IMG/VR virus record: IMGVR_UViG_3300030329_005426 | Coordinates: 1 to 64,000 of that record | Length of the DNA: 64,000 bases | Direction: 5' to 3' (one strand) | From: a virus | In this document: positions 51,201-58,486 of the stretch, piece after piece | Layout: each line of letters opens with the position of its first letter | Numbering within the stretch: position 1 is the stretch's first letter | Made by a program: the position numbers and the translations under genes | The notes under the pieces: generated by a model | Database searches by the model: none | What the model was told of the DNA's origin: nothing | What the model saw: only the letters and a program-made list of their open reading frames with translations

Positions 51201-51401
51201 TTTACCTTCCTTGAACATATGTGAACCAAAGCGATCGATCTGATTCTGCAAAATAGATTGCATCTGCGTAAGCTCACGAGCCTGCACAGCCATTCCGGGA
51301 CGGAATAACATTCGATGGAAGTTTTTCGACTCATCAAAATCATCATAATATGGGTCGACGTTAAAGTCGGTACTGAGCGAAGAATTATTAGATTGAGACA
51401 T
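45243..51401 (-). CDS. Large baseplate/fibre-anchor structural protein (DUF4815 / VrlC-like)
   Basis: PYYDDFD...FRPG.AVQARELTQ.Q, RTFDESGDY, RYTMRDIG, RFKNGILVDNF and PLAQTF motifs. Confidence 0.85.
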   Translation of the reverse strand: MSQSNNSSLSTDFNVDPYYDDFDESKNFHRMLFRPGMAVQARELTQMQSILQNQIDRFGSHMFKEGKFISGGETVLEPQIQFVRVRDTSSNGSTVTLSNFVGSLITGGTSGAQAEVTRVVEGAEASDPDFKTMYIRYTKGSSNGASNVFNAGEQISSNTSPVYQANLISTVSQATGNGIMMTVGEGVLYAKDHFIRSEEQTIILQKYGRHYTGRVGFKVVEDIVSSELDTTLLDPAQGAYNYAAPGANRLKLSTKLMTYDEANTAANTFIQIAELRNGKIVSNDTIKPPYNKIRDYMAGRTFDESGDYVVRGLQVKVSEHLKDGNNGGLFLSTDSTNPGNTNLLAVSVEPGKAYVSGYDLELISTRRVRVEKANSTEDIEALTIPANYGNYVTVDEVVGNFPTDSHAQVELRNAPSNAVSNGEVSTTGPAGAVIGHARIRSLQHSSGTKGSNDGSASAYLYDIKMSNAAFSNTRSIVYNQSSTADARADIVLTNSVAKLNETSFNRAIYPIPASYIKTLRDAGGSLDNNFKFHYKFDVTIATDGTFTITTDNSDEQWPFSTGALNATQKRGGFWVVTNASGNNNSTLTGTFTTSASSTTVTGSGTAMSTQLNTGDRIKFVGDATTYTVNSIASTTSMTLHQQPSGAVSGAAATKQFTPGQVIDMGGVGADGNRSVTIGSTTSASFDIQETLNSTMSATVTTELKKVDGREKAKTVRKSYYVQIRCSSHSATTTGPWNLGLSDVFKIISVRARTDDTLFTSASQGTDVTSSFELITGQNDNFYDHAKLKKKGTGTHTVGSNDVFLVELCYFTHSTATGVGYFSVDSYPIDDNNSANTNAIQTEQIPVYISPTDGKSFSLRDSFDIRPRIADTATATQSVGSASVNPATSTSIDQPSGGVYFMPPNESFTVDLSYYLKRVDLICLNKSGSLQVVKGSPSLHPAGPPEPGDAIVLAKLRLTPYPSLPMLEATKAGRADLGITLEKLDQRRYTMRDIGDLDRRIGRLEYYTSLSLLEKEASDLAISDVAGNNRFKNGILVDNFSGHRVGDTVDVDYAVAIDPTAGEARPTFKIDNSDMVYHSANSAGTVINPSDVRIEIASGTYTNGETITAGAASGKLTYQVGTRLYIEDVTGTFIAGASAVGGASSTSSTISEVKTAMDMSGTTGKLITLPYSHDQVINQKYASTIRNTAGLMWRWNGQLVLSPDGDTWVDTTTKPDLTVDFDNNSQNWVNLANAWGTQWNSWETVWSGSTSSTSSSTSGAGITTSTTTTTTQNQTRSGVTATVNESTETTRLGSKVVNMNIVGYMRSRPVLIAARGMKPSTRIYGFFDSVDVNAYITPANSEYANTGSEGSRLQTDDDGNFYGIFRLPNDDNLKFRTGTKMFRLTDSFNNGNEEGQVVTSAQSQYTAQGLHQEKQETVLSTRQATLGFQDVREQRTLVSSSTSSSFTPFPPPPQFFDDWDGDGDGCGDDGGDEPLAQTFHVNSWDQMGSFSAGGVFLSKIDLFFRTKHKTLPVWCEIREVDQSAQAITNKILPFGIIGVEPEHVNISEDGSAPTPVYFTTPVFLLNNMEYAFVVRPGGQNPDYRAYVARLGGKDTITGERISKRPFSGILYASSNNKTWSPIQEEDLKFNLYYCSFQNTNGTAILKNANKEYLSVDNVSTGFYASGEEVRGETTMTMGATVSGLDTAANTIYASGGSSGANGFVTNVSSSTVRVSNVTSTMFSDGETITFKHSNNLTTGVTGTLSSTTTPTGKVYFYDTVTAGNNYLHLANTSGSFAANTWIKGQGVSQATSRITTIDNLSVHSVHTKQQALVPKGATLTTAAKWATSVSARDANFITMNANENTHFPARARYILSRSNEIATLNSEKSAEYKLTLSSQDVSVSPAVDVERFDLTTVKNLINNDSTGEANTAGGNAQCRYITKTVTLDDGQDSDDLKVYITAYKNASATIEVYAKVINADDSDTMEDASWQALEQDTNSAIVSDNEDTTDFKEYTYSFPEAKLTGAGGEVEYTNSQGVSFKGYKRFRLKVVMLSSTKTNPPRMKDIRAIALLV

Positions 51402-51421
51402 TTACAACGAGCTCCGCTAAT

Positions 51422-52969
51422 TTAGAATTTTACTACAATCTTGATGTCTTCAGTCTGATCCGAAGCCCTCTGAATAGATCCCCTGTTTTCTACGTATAAG
51501 ATTTTACCCGTATACGGTTTAAGTGATCCAGACGATACGGAAGCTACAGTAGCTGTAATACTCGAACCGCCCCCTGTAATTGTTTCCGTCGGTGAATATG
51601 TTCCGTCCACATTCGTTACTTTCAATGTGCCAGCTGTGTTTGCTGAATTAGTATTGGCGAAACTTACTACTCGACCTTTTGCATTAGAGGTACCACCGGT
51701 TAGAAGTTCATCTGATGTAAATTTACCTGAACCGGAAACACCGGTTAATGTTAAAGTTGTTGCTTGGTTATATGCTGAAGCTGTTGCTGCGCTACCGTTA
51801 GCTAACATTGGATCTTTAACGATACCAAAGACTCGGAAATCCTGTGCTGTTGGGAATGTATCACCCTCAGAACCAGACAACTGGATATTGAGCATGACAT
51901 TATATCCAAACAATTCGCTGACAGCGTTTGAACCGTGACCACCTGGAGGTGATATACGTGGCGAGGCAGTGGCACCTGTTCCATGAGAGCTATTCGCACT
52001 TATAGTTACGTTAGCTGTTGCATATCCAGAGCCAGTTGATATCATTGAAATCTTATTAACCGTATTTCCGATACCACCTTCTACCACGTTAGCATATGCT
52101 TCGGCACCCGACCCACTACCATTAACAGTAATTTTAGGTCCAATTACATATGTTGAATCAGCATCTGGTGAAACTGAATATCCAGATGTTAATGTAACCG
52201 TTCTGGAAGATCCTGTATAATCAACAATCTCTTTAGCCTGACCGGATCCAGTACCACCTGAAATATACATAACACTGCCGTTGTAAATATTATCTGTCGA
52301 ACTTGCATTAGTATTAACAACCATGACTGAAGTATTCGTTACAGAGAACATTGTTCCTACATGACCGGCATAACTATTACCTCTTGCATCCATATCAATT
52401 ACGTCAATGGCTCCGTTCGAGGCTGCTGTTGCAACAGTCGAGTCCGTCTTAACAGGAATATAACCGGTTGTTAGGAATTTAAGAATATCAGCAGTGGAAA
52501 TGGAATACATATATTTCCATTGATATCCATCAGCTGTGGCTAGTGTACTTGTTGATGTACCCGTTGGTTGAACGGTACTATTCGCACCGTGCACAGAACT
52601 ATTCGCACCATTATTATATAAACACTTATAAACATTATAATCACTAGAAACAACAAAGAAAGTATTAGATACCAAGCTGGCATTAGTGTTATCATAGTCG
52701 GTATAAAAGGTATTATTAGCCCAATCAGTACGGGGGACGGCGTAAGTGATATCAGCTGTTTGAACCTTTTTCATCGCAAGCATTGTTTTCCAAATATCAT
52801 ATTCAGTCGCTTGAACCGAATCAACCGGTACATCTGGATTAGCTTCATCGCCCCATGCTACGGAACGACCTATGAAAAAATACATACGAGTTTCATCAGA
52901 TTCACTGAATGCCTCGTAAAATTGTTCCGCATTATGCTTACGGAAATTGGATGTGACTATACCGGCCAT
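51422..52969 (-). CDS. 8: Baseplate wedge protein gp8
   Basis: YNVYKCL.N, DGYQWKYMY and ENR..I.R..DQTEDIKIVVKF motifs. Confidence 0.88.
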   Translation of the reverse strand: MAGIVTSNFRKHNAEQFYEAFSESDETRMYFFIGRSVAWGDEANPDVPVDSVQATEYDIWKTMLAMKKVQTADITYAVPRTDWANNTFYTDYDNTNASLVSNTFFVVSSDYNVYKCLYNNGANSSVHGANSTVQPTGTSTSTLATADGYQWKYMYSISTADILKFLTTGYIPVKTDSTVATAASNGAIDVIDMDARGNSYAGHVGTMFSVTNTSVMVVNTNASSTDNIYNGSVMYISGGTGSGQAKEIVDYTGSSRTVTLTSGYSVSPDADSTYVIGPKITVNGSGSGAEAYANVVEGGIGNTVNKISMISTGSGYATANVTISANSSHGTGATASPRISPPGGHGSNAVSELFGYNVMLNIQLSGSEGDTFPTAQDFRVFGIVKDPMLANGSAATASAYNQATTLTLTGVSGSGKFTSDELLTGGTSNAKGRVVSFANTNSANTAGTLKVTNVDGTYSPTETITGGGSSITATVASVSSGSLKPYTGKILYVENRGSIQRASDQTEDIKIVVKF

Positions 52970-53038
52970 TGCTTGATATCCCCTTCATATTCGAATAGTT
53001 CGAAATTTATTTGTTCTACATTGTTATTTATAATAATT

Positions 53039-55327
53039 TTACCTATGTCCTGTGTGATCAAGTGTACTTACTGCTGCCATTATGTTATTTGAGGCCCCTG
53101 TTTGACCCGGCATATTATTAGCAATATACATTGTTCCGAGGAATACATCACCTTCCTGGAAGTCTCTAGTAAGGAACAATTTAGTATTACTGACGACGTT
53201 ATTAACAGTGTAAATTGTCGAATTACCAATCGCAGTCTGTGATAACATGCCACGAATGATAATAGATTGACCAGCGGTAGGTCTTCGACTACCGAAGGTA
53301 AACGTAACATTTGGATTAGATGTATTAGAAGCCAATACCATATCCATATCTTTTGTCAGGCTGCTAATTGAACTAGTAAGATAATTACTGATTGTATTAG
53401 TACCTGTACTGCTAATTAAGAATGTATTCTTAATTAATATACTATGTCGCAGAGGTCGTCCTGCTCTATGATGTGCAGTCCAAAGCATACTATTACTTGA
53501 ATCAATTGTGCTTACTGTTGTATCAATTGTCTTAGCAATTTGTAAGTTAACACCTGTAGCAGATGTTCGGCTAAAGTATGTTGCTGGAACTGTAACAGGT
53601 ACAGTATTAGCAATCTGCTGAAGATTGACAAATGATACATCACTAACAATAGCACCAATTTGTGATTGTGTATATGTTTCAACACTATCAGATACAATAA
53701 CAGGTACGTTGAGTGTATTTTCATATACAAGTTCTAGGTCTGGTCCATAAACTTGTGTTGATATTGTAGAAGCATCAAGCTCAGCTTCAACCTGTAATTG
53801 ACCAAATATTTTTTGGCCAGCAGGATGAATTAATTCTTTAACTAAATTTTTATAAGTATCTACAAATTGTGTGCTCTTAACAACATAACTATATTCTTGA
53901 TAATAGAAGTTATCTTGTAGTTTATTATTATAAGACAAAAATCCTTTGGTATCTACATATCTACCCGGATGAGTTATCAAACCAGTAACAAGTGGTAATC
54001 CTTTTCCGGCTTGGGTTCCGGCGCGATCACTATTAGCAATTGATGCAGTATTGTACTTATCATACGAGGAGCCCACGGAATTAAGACGTATGGCTGTAAT
54101 AGCACCCGGAATATTTGCAACAGTTACAACAGCATTTTGTCCTTTAATGCCTCCGTTAGGATCTTGCAATTCTTTATCAGCAATCTCTTGGTCAACTATA
54201 GTCGCTGTCGGTAAATAATTATATCCAAACCCGACATCAGTAACGGTAATTCCACTTATAGTTCCTGTTTCTATTTCTGCAAACTGCAATGCAGATGCTA
54301 ATGTAGAAGATACATTTGCCGCGGCTATATTAGCTTCTAAAACTTGTGTGTTAGATACACCTGAAGCAAATACTGGCCCGGAATTTAATGGTACATCTTT
54401 AACTGCTTCGATTGTTGTTGTTCCAAAAGTTACATTTGATGTATTTGAAATTCCATTAATTGTAAACGATGCCCCGAGACCACTACCACCAGCAATTGTA
54501 ATTACGCTATTACCTAATCTATACCCACTACCACCTGCGCGCAAAGTAAAATTAATAGATGATGTATCAGATGTTCTTATAACGACACCATTAGCACCAG
54601 TACCAGATGTATCACTTACTATTTGAATAACATCCCCAACCTGATGATAACCACCGCCTTGTGTAACATTAAATCCGCTTAAAGGGCCTGTTGTTGAAAA
54701 TACTGTTCCGTTAATAGTATTTGAAGCATTGCGAACTAACTCACCATCATTAAATGTTCCGTTAATAGCAGATAGAAACATTTCATCAACCTGCACACCA
54801 AGTTCAGATGTTTTTTCCACGCGCTCTACTTTAGCATGGGCACCTGATTCAGCACCGTATATAATAAGACCATCTAATTCAGCGCGATCACCTGTTCCCG
54901 GTGATGATACACGAATAGATGTTTCTTGAATCCATCGACCGTCACTTGTCCGAAGCATATCAACACCCGGATAATAAAAATCGATCTCCTCATTATAAAT
55001 CATTCTAAACAATAATCTATAAGCGGCTTGTGTGCCCTTAGCACGATACAAATCTTTAATATGCTTAACGAGTAATCGTTTATCTGCTAATGCAGTTTGG
55101 GGTATTCTATCCATTACTTCTGATTTGAAATATTGGATAAATTGATCTAAAGTATTATCGATATCTCTATAATCTAATAAATTTTTGGCACGTTCAGTGG
55201 CATTACCGCTTTGTTCCATCCATTCATAATACGCTTCTATAAACTTTTGAAATTTAGGAGCGTCTTCTTGGATGAAATCAGGTAGCTGTTCTGCAATCAG
55301 TGCTGACGTGATATTATTAGTAGCCAT
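53039..55327 (-). CDS. 7: Baseplate wedge initiator gp7-like
   Basis: F.EAYYEWME, Y.AKGT, LQDNFYYQEYSY and HPAG motifs. Confidence 0.8.
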   Translation of the reverse strand: MATNNITSALIAEQLPDFIQEDAPKFQKFIEAYYEWMEQSGNATERAKNLLDYRDIDNTLDQFIQYFKSEVMDRIPQTALADKRLLVKHIKDLYRAKGTQAAYRLLFRMIYNEEIDFYYPGVDMLRTSDGRWIQETSIRVSSPGTGDRAELDGLIIYGAESGAHAKVERVEKTSELGVQVDEMFLSAINGTFNDGELVRNASNTINGTVFSTTGPLSGFNVTQGGGYHQVGDVIQIVSDTSGTGANGVVIRTSDTSSINFTLRAGGSGYRLGNSVITIAGGSGLGASFTINGISNTSNVTFGTTTIEAVKDVPLNSGPVFASGVSNTQVLEANIAAANVSSTLASALQFAEIETGTISGITVTDVGFGYNYLPTATIVDQEIADKELQDPNGGIKGQNAVVTVANIPGAITAIRLNSVGSSYDKYNTASIANSDRAGTQAGKGLPLVTGLITHPGRYVDTKGFLSYNNKLQDNFYYQEYSYVVKSTQFVDTYKNLVKELIHPAGQKIFGQLQVEAELDASTISTQVYGPDLELVYENTLNVPVIVSDSVETYTQSQIGAIVSDVSFVNLQQIANTVPVTVPATYFSRTSATGVNLQIAKTIDTTVSTIDSSNSMLWTAHHRAGRPLRHSILIKNTFLISSTGTNTISNYLTSSISSLTKDMDMVLASNTSNPNVTFTFGSRRPTAGQSIIIRGMLSQTAIGNSTIYTVNNVVSNTKLFLTRDFQEGDVFLGTMYIANNMPGQTGASNNIMAAVSTLDHTGHR

Positions 55328-57198
55328 TAGATTATTACCGTATTAACACCTGTTTCGTTTATCTGGGTAGTAGTTCCGGTAGTTGTTATTTCTTTTACAA
55401 TACTTTCAGTCTTTTTTGTAACATTATTAATAATTGTTATTTCTGAATCAGCAAATAAAGGTATTTGATTTCGTACAGTAAATATATCCGATAAATTAGG
55501 TTTTACATCAACCTTAAGATCCGAACCCGAAATAGCAGTGATTAAGATACTTTCAAGTGTAATTAATCCGCTACTATAATCAACCAAGCCGGCTGCTTCA
55601 TTAGTAACTACTTTTGTAGATCCAGTAGAGAAATAATAAAAATTAATAATACCGTTACCATCATCTTCAAGATATGTTCCCGACCTACCATTATAAGTAA
55701 AGCTTGAAGAAACAACAGCACCTAAGTGCCCCGCATGTGGATTTGAAATAGAATTATTAAAAGGTAATTTATATGTTGATGTCAATTCTGCTGATGGTTG
55801 GAAACGCTTCTGTATTTTTAGATCTACTGCAACGGATACAATACTTGTTTCTTTATCTTCTAACGTTCTCATAAAATCAGATTTATAAAAAGCATCACCG
55901 AAATTACCTAGCTTATCTGTTTCATAATCTTGAATTGCTGTTTGTAGTCTAGTAGATATTTCACCTGCAGATAGCGCTGTCTGTTCCGGATTATATCTAA
56001 TTGTTACTTGAGGAACAATATAAACATAAGATGGATCCACAAATTCTGGATCAATCGACATAACATTTCTTTCTTCTAACCAAATTTTAAGGGCATCTTT
56101 ACGTGCAGAAGATAGTTCGTTACCTATTTTTGGCTTAGCACTGATATAAACTTTACCGTAGATTGGCGGATCATTTTCTTCACCACCCCATACCCTAACG
56201 GTTTGAAAATCTGGATTGGCATTAAGAATTAATTGTTTATAATCATTTGCCGTAACTGCTCGATTCTGTGTTTCATAATTCTTAGGTGCATTAAATTTAA
56301 TTGAAGAAACTGTCTCAACATTTGCACCTCCCTCAGCCGCAGTATTAACCGTTATATCATAATTAGAAAACCCAGTTCCTGTTACAGGATTTAATCCGAT
56401 AAGATCTGGACCGGTAAAGACAGCAGCACCGTTTGTTTCTGTACCAGCACAAATTCTATATGAAGCCTGGATAATATTACCATCAGATGGCTTTTTACCT
56501 AATACACCATCACCGAAATTAATTTCATACTGTCCGTCTAAATTTTCCTGAAGGAAAAATACGGTACTAGAGGCCCCAACGCGCGTTAAATCATTAGCTG
56601 TTTTATATAATTCGAAAGCACTATTACTACTAGATTCAATTACTTTGACTACAATACTTCTTGTATCAACCATCTTATTAGGAATAATATATCTTTCTGG
56701 GGTCGTAGAATTAACTTCCCATTCATGAGCAAAGTGTCTTCCTTCTACTACATCAATTGTAGCCGTATACCCTGCAGCGGCATTTACATTATATGATTGT
56801 TCGGTGACAAAAATATAATCATTACCATCGATCGTAGAAGTAAAAGAAGTATTAGCTGGTATAGTAACCGAGTCTGGTGTACCTGGCGGATTGATATCAA
56901 TTAATAGCTGTGCTGTAGCTCCTTGTGCCGATGTAGGAGTATAACCCAACATCTTAGCCCGTGAAACAACATTATTACGAATCAGAGCGCTATCCAAATA
57001 CATTTCATTCGCCACTTGATTTAGATAGACGGAATTATAATAAGTATTGTAAGCCAGGACATCTAACAATTGAGCCATGGCAGAACCTTCAAAATCATAA
57101 TCTAAGAACTCCGTCTGCGCTGACAGAAAGGATTTTAGATTACTTTTAATAGACGGAAAGTTCGTACTAGTTATTTTTAATGCTGCGTTCGCTGCCAT
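55327..57198 (-). CDS. 6: Baseplate wedge protein gp6
   Basis: DYDFEGS, LAYNTYY, FGDGVLG, QNRAVTANDY and WGGEENDPP motifs. Confidence 0.95.
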   Translation of the reverse strand: MAANAALKITSTNFPSIKSNLKSFLSAQTEFLDYDFEGSAMAQLLDVLAYNTYYNSVYLNQVANEMYLDSALIRNNVVSRAKMLGYTPTSAQGATAQLLIDINPPGTPDSVTIPANTSFTSTIDGNDYIFVTEQSYNVNAAAGYTATIDVVEGRHFAHEWEVNSTTPERYIIPNKMVDTRSIVVKVIESSSNSAFELYKTANDLTRVGASSTVFFLQENLDGQYEINFGDGVLGKKPSDGNIIQASYRICAGTETNGAAVFTGPDLIGLNPVTGTGFSNYDITVNTAAEGGANVETVSSIKFNAPKNYETQNRAVTANDYKQLILNANPDFQTVRVWGGEENDPPIYGKVYISAKPKIGNELSSARKDALKIWLEERNVMSIDPEFVDPSYVYIVPQVTIRYNPEQTALSAGEISTRLQTAIQDYETDKLGNFGDAFYKSDFMRTLEDKETSIVSVAVDLKIQKRFQPSAELTSTYKLPFNNSISNPHAGHLGAVVSSSFTYNGRSGTYLEDDGNGIINFYYFSTGSTKVVTNEAAGLVDYSSGLITLESILITAISGSDLKVDVKPNLSDIFTVRNQIPLFADSEITIINNVTKKTESIVKEITTTGTTTQINETGVNTVII

Positions 57199-57602
57199 TA
57201 TCTTGTTCTCTCTACTGATACGGTTACTTCAGTTGGCTCGATTTGGTTAATCGTTGTAAACTTTACAGTTATATCAAGAGTATTTTCATCTTCTTTAGCA
57301 TCAATTTTAACTTCTTCTAGATCTACACGAGGCTCATAGTTACCAATAGCCTCCTCAATCCTCTTTCGAAGAACTTGTTCCGTCATTGGATCAAAGTTCT
57401 CGAATAGCATAGCACGAATATTTCCACCATAATCAGGTTTATAAGGTCGTTCAAACATATTAGATAGAAGAATGTTCTTGACCGACTGCTTAACAGCATT
57501 GTCATTCTTCTTCAAAGATAAGCTTTTCTTAATAGGATGACGAGAAAACGCTATATCGAAATCCTGAAAAGTTATATTTGGGGCAACCCGACCTTGAGCC
57601 AT
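57198..57602 (-). CDS. 25: Baseplate wedge protein gp25
   Basis: AVKQSVKNI, ERP..P..G and YEPRV motifs. Confidence 0.93.
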   Translation of the reverse strand: MAQGRVAPNITFQDFDIAFSRHPIKKSLSLKKNDNAVKQSVKNILLSNMFERPYKPDYGGNIRAMLFENFDPMTEQVLRKRIEEAIGNYEPRVDLEEVKIDAKEDENTLDITVKFTTINQIEPTEVTVSVERTR

Positions 57603-57643
57603 CTGTTTATTCCTTTGGTATGATTATACTATTTATAATCAAT

Positions 57644-57823
57644 CTATACCGCTTCTGTTTTCTTAGCTTGAATTTCCGCTCGTCTTAGCTTACACACCTT
57701 CGCTATCTCGGACAATAACTTCCGAGCTCTAGTTCCAGCACTCTTATTTCCAGAGGTCTCGAATTTCTCGTTTTCCTCTTTATACTTTTCGAACAGTTCA
57801 GCTATTAATTCATCGTTTTCCAT
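57644..57823 (-). CDS. Hc1 (histone H1-like) family small protein (not in ORF track)
   Basis: MENDEL...GNKSAGTRARKLLSEIAKVCKLRRAEIQ, with GGAG RBS. Confidence 0.7.
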   Translation of the reverse strand: MENDELIAELFEKYKEENEKFETSGNKSAGTRARKLLSEIAKVCKLRRAEIQAKKTEAV

Positions 57824-57848
57824 TATTCTTCTCCATAAGGTCTAAAAA

Positions 57849-58145
57849 TTAGGGACCAGCGTAACAATTATCGGAGCCGGTAGCAACCGAAGTACACCCA
57901 GATATCGCATCTCCTATTCTACCACATCCTAAACCATTAACAAATACGGTAGGAGAGCCAGTAGCGATTGGGGCAGTATGAGTAGGACAAGGAACTCCGG
58001 GTAACAAATGAGGAGTATTATCGTCAGTCTCTCTACTAATACCTATTCCATTAACGAAGACATTATCAGAACATACATCTCTCCTAGGTACAGAGCAGTG
58101 GACAATATCGGCATCTACGGAATCGCCTCTACAAATTGCTGGCAT
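57849..58145 (-). CDS. PAAR spike-tip protein (gp5.4-like)
   Basis: MPAICR, TGSPTVFVNG..CGRIGD, His/Cys metal ligands. Confidence 0.9.
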   Translation of the reverse strand: MPAICRGDSVDADIVHCSVPRRDVCSDNVFVNGIGISRETDDNTPHLLPGVPCPTHTAPIATGSPTVFVNGLGCGRIGDAISGCTSVATGSDNCYAGP

Positions 58146-58359
58146 GATTAGCCCTTTCGTGTGCCATTAATAGTTGTAGCTTATCATTCCATCCATCTAT
58201 TACGGAATGATCCTCTTCAGAATGTCCATCATCAGGCATGTCACCGAGGTCGGGAAGAAATCTTATGACATGAGCTATTTGATTCACTGGAATACTATCA
58301 TAGTCATTATATGTTACAATACTTCCATCAAGTTTTTTGATTCTGAATTCATGTGCCAT
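58129..58359 (-). CDS. Small conserved hypothetical protein
   Basis: HVIRFLP...H.EEDH..I..W motif, GGAG RBS. Confidence 0.6.
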   Translation of the reverse strand: MAHEFRIKKLDGSIVTYNDYDSIPVNQIAHVIRFLPDLGDMPDDGHSEEDHSVIDGWNDKLQLLMAHERANHASNL

Positions 58360-58486
58360 TCTTGACTCTCCATCGTTTCTCCTTTGCATTCCAATAGACT
58401 TCGTCAGGGGATGCATGGGAATTGCCGTGAGACATCTTCTTACCCTTAGACCTAACAGTCTTACCTTTCATTAACTTCTTACCCAT
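58349..58486 (-). CDS. Small basic hypothetical protein (not in ORF track)
   Basis: MGKKLMKGKTVRSKGKK..., fills the gap exactly, GGAGG upstream. Confidence 0.45.
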   Translation of the reverse strand: MGKKLMKGKTVRSKGKKMSHGNSHASPDEVYWNAKEKRWRVKNGT

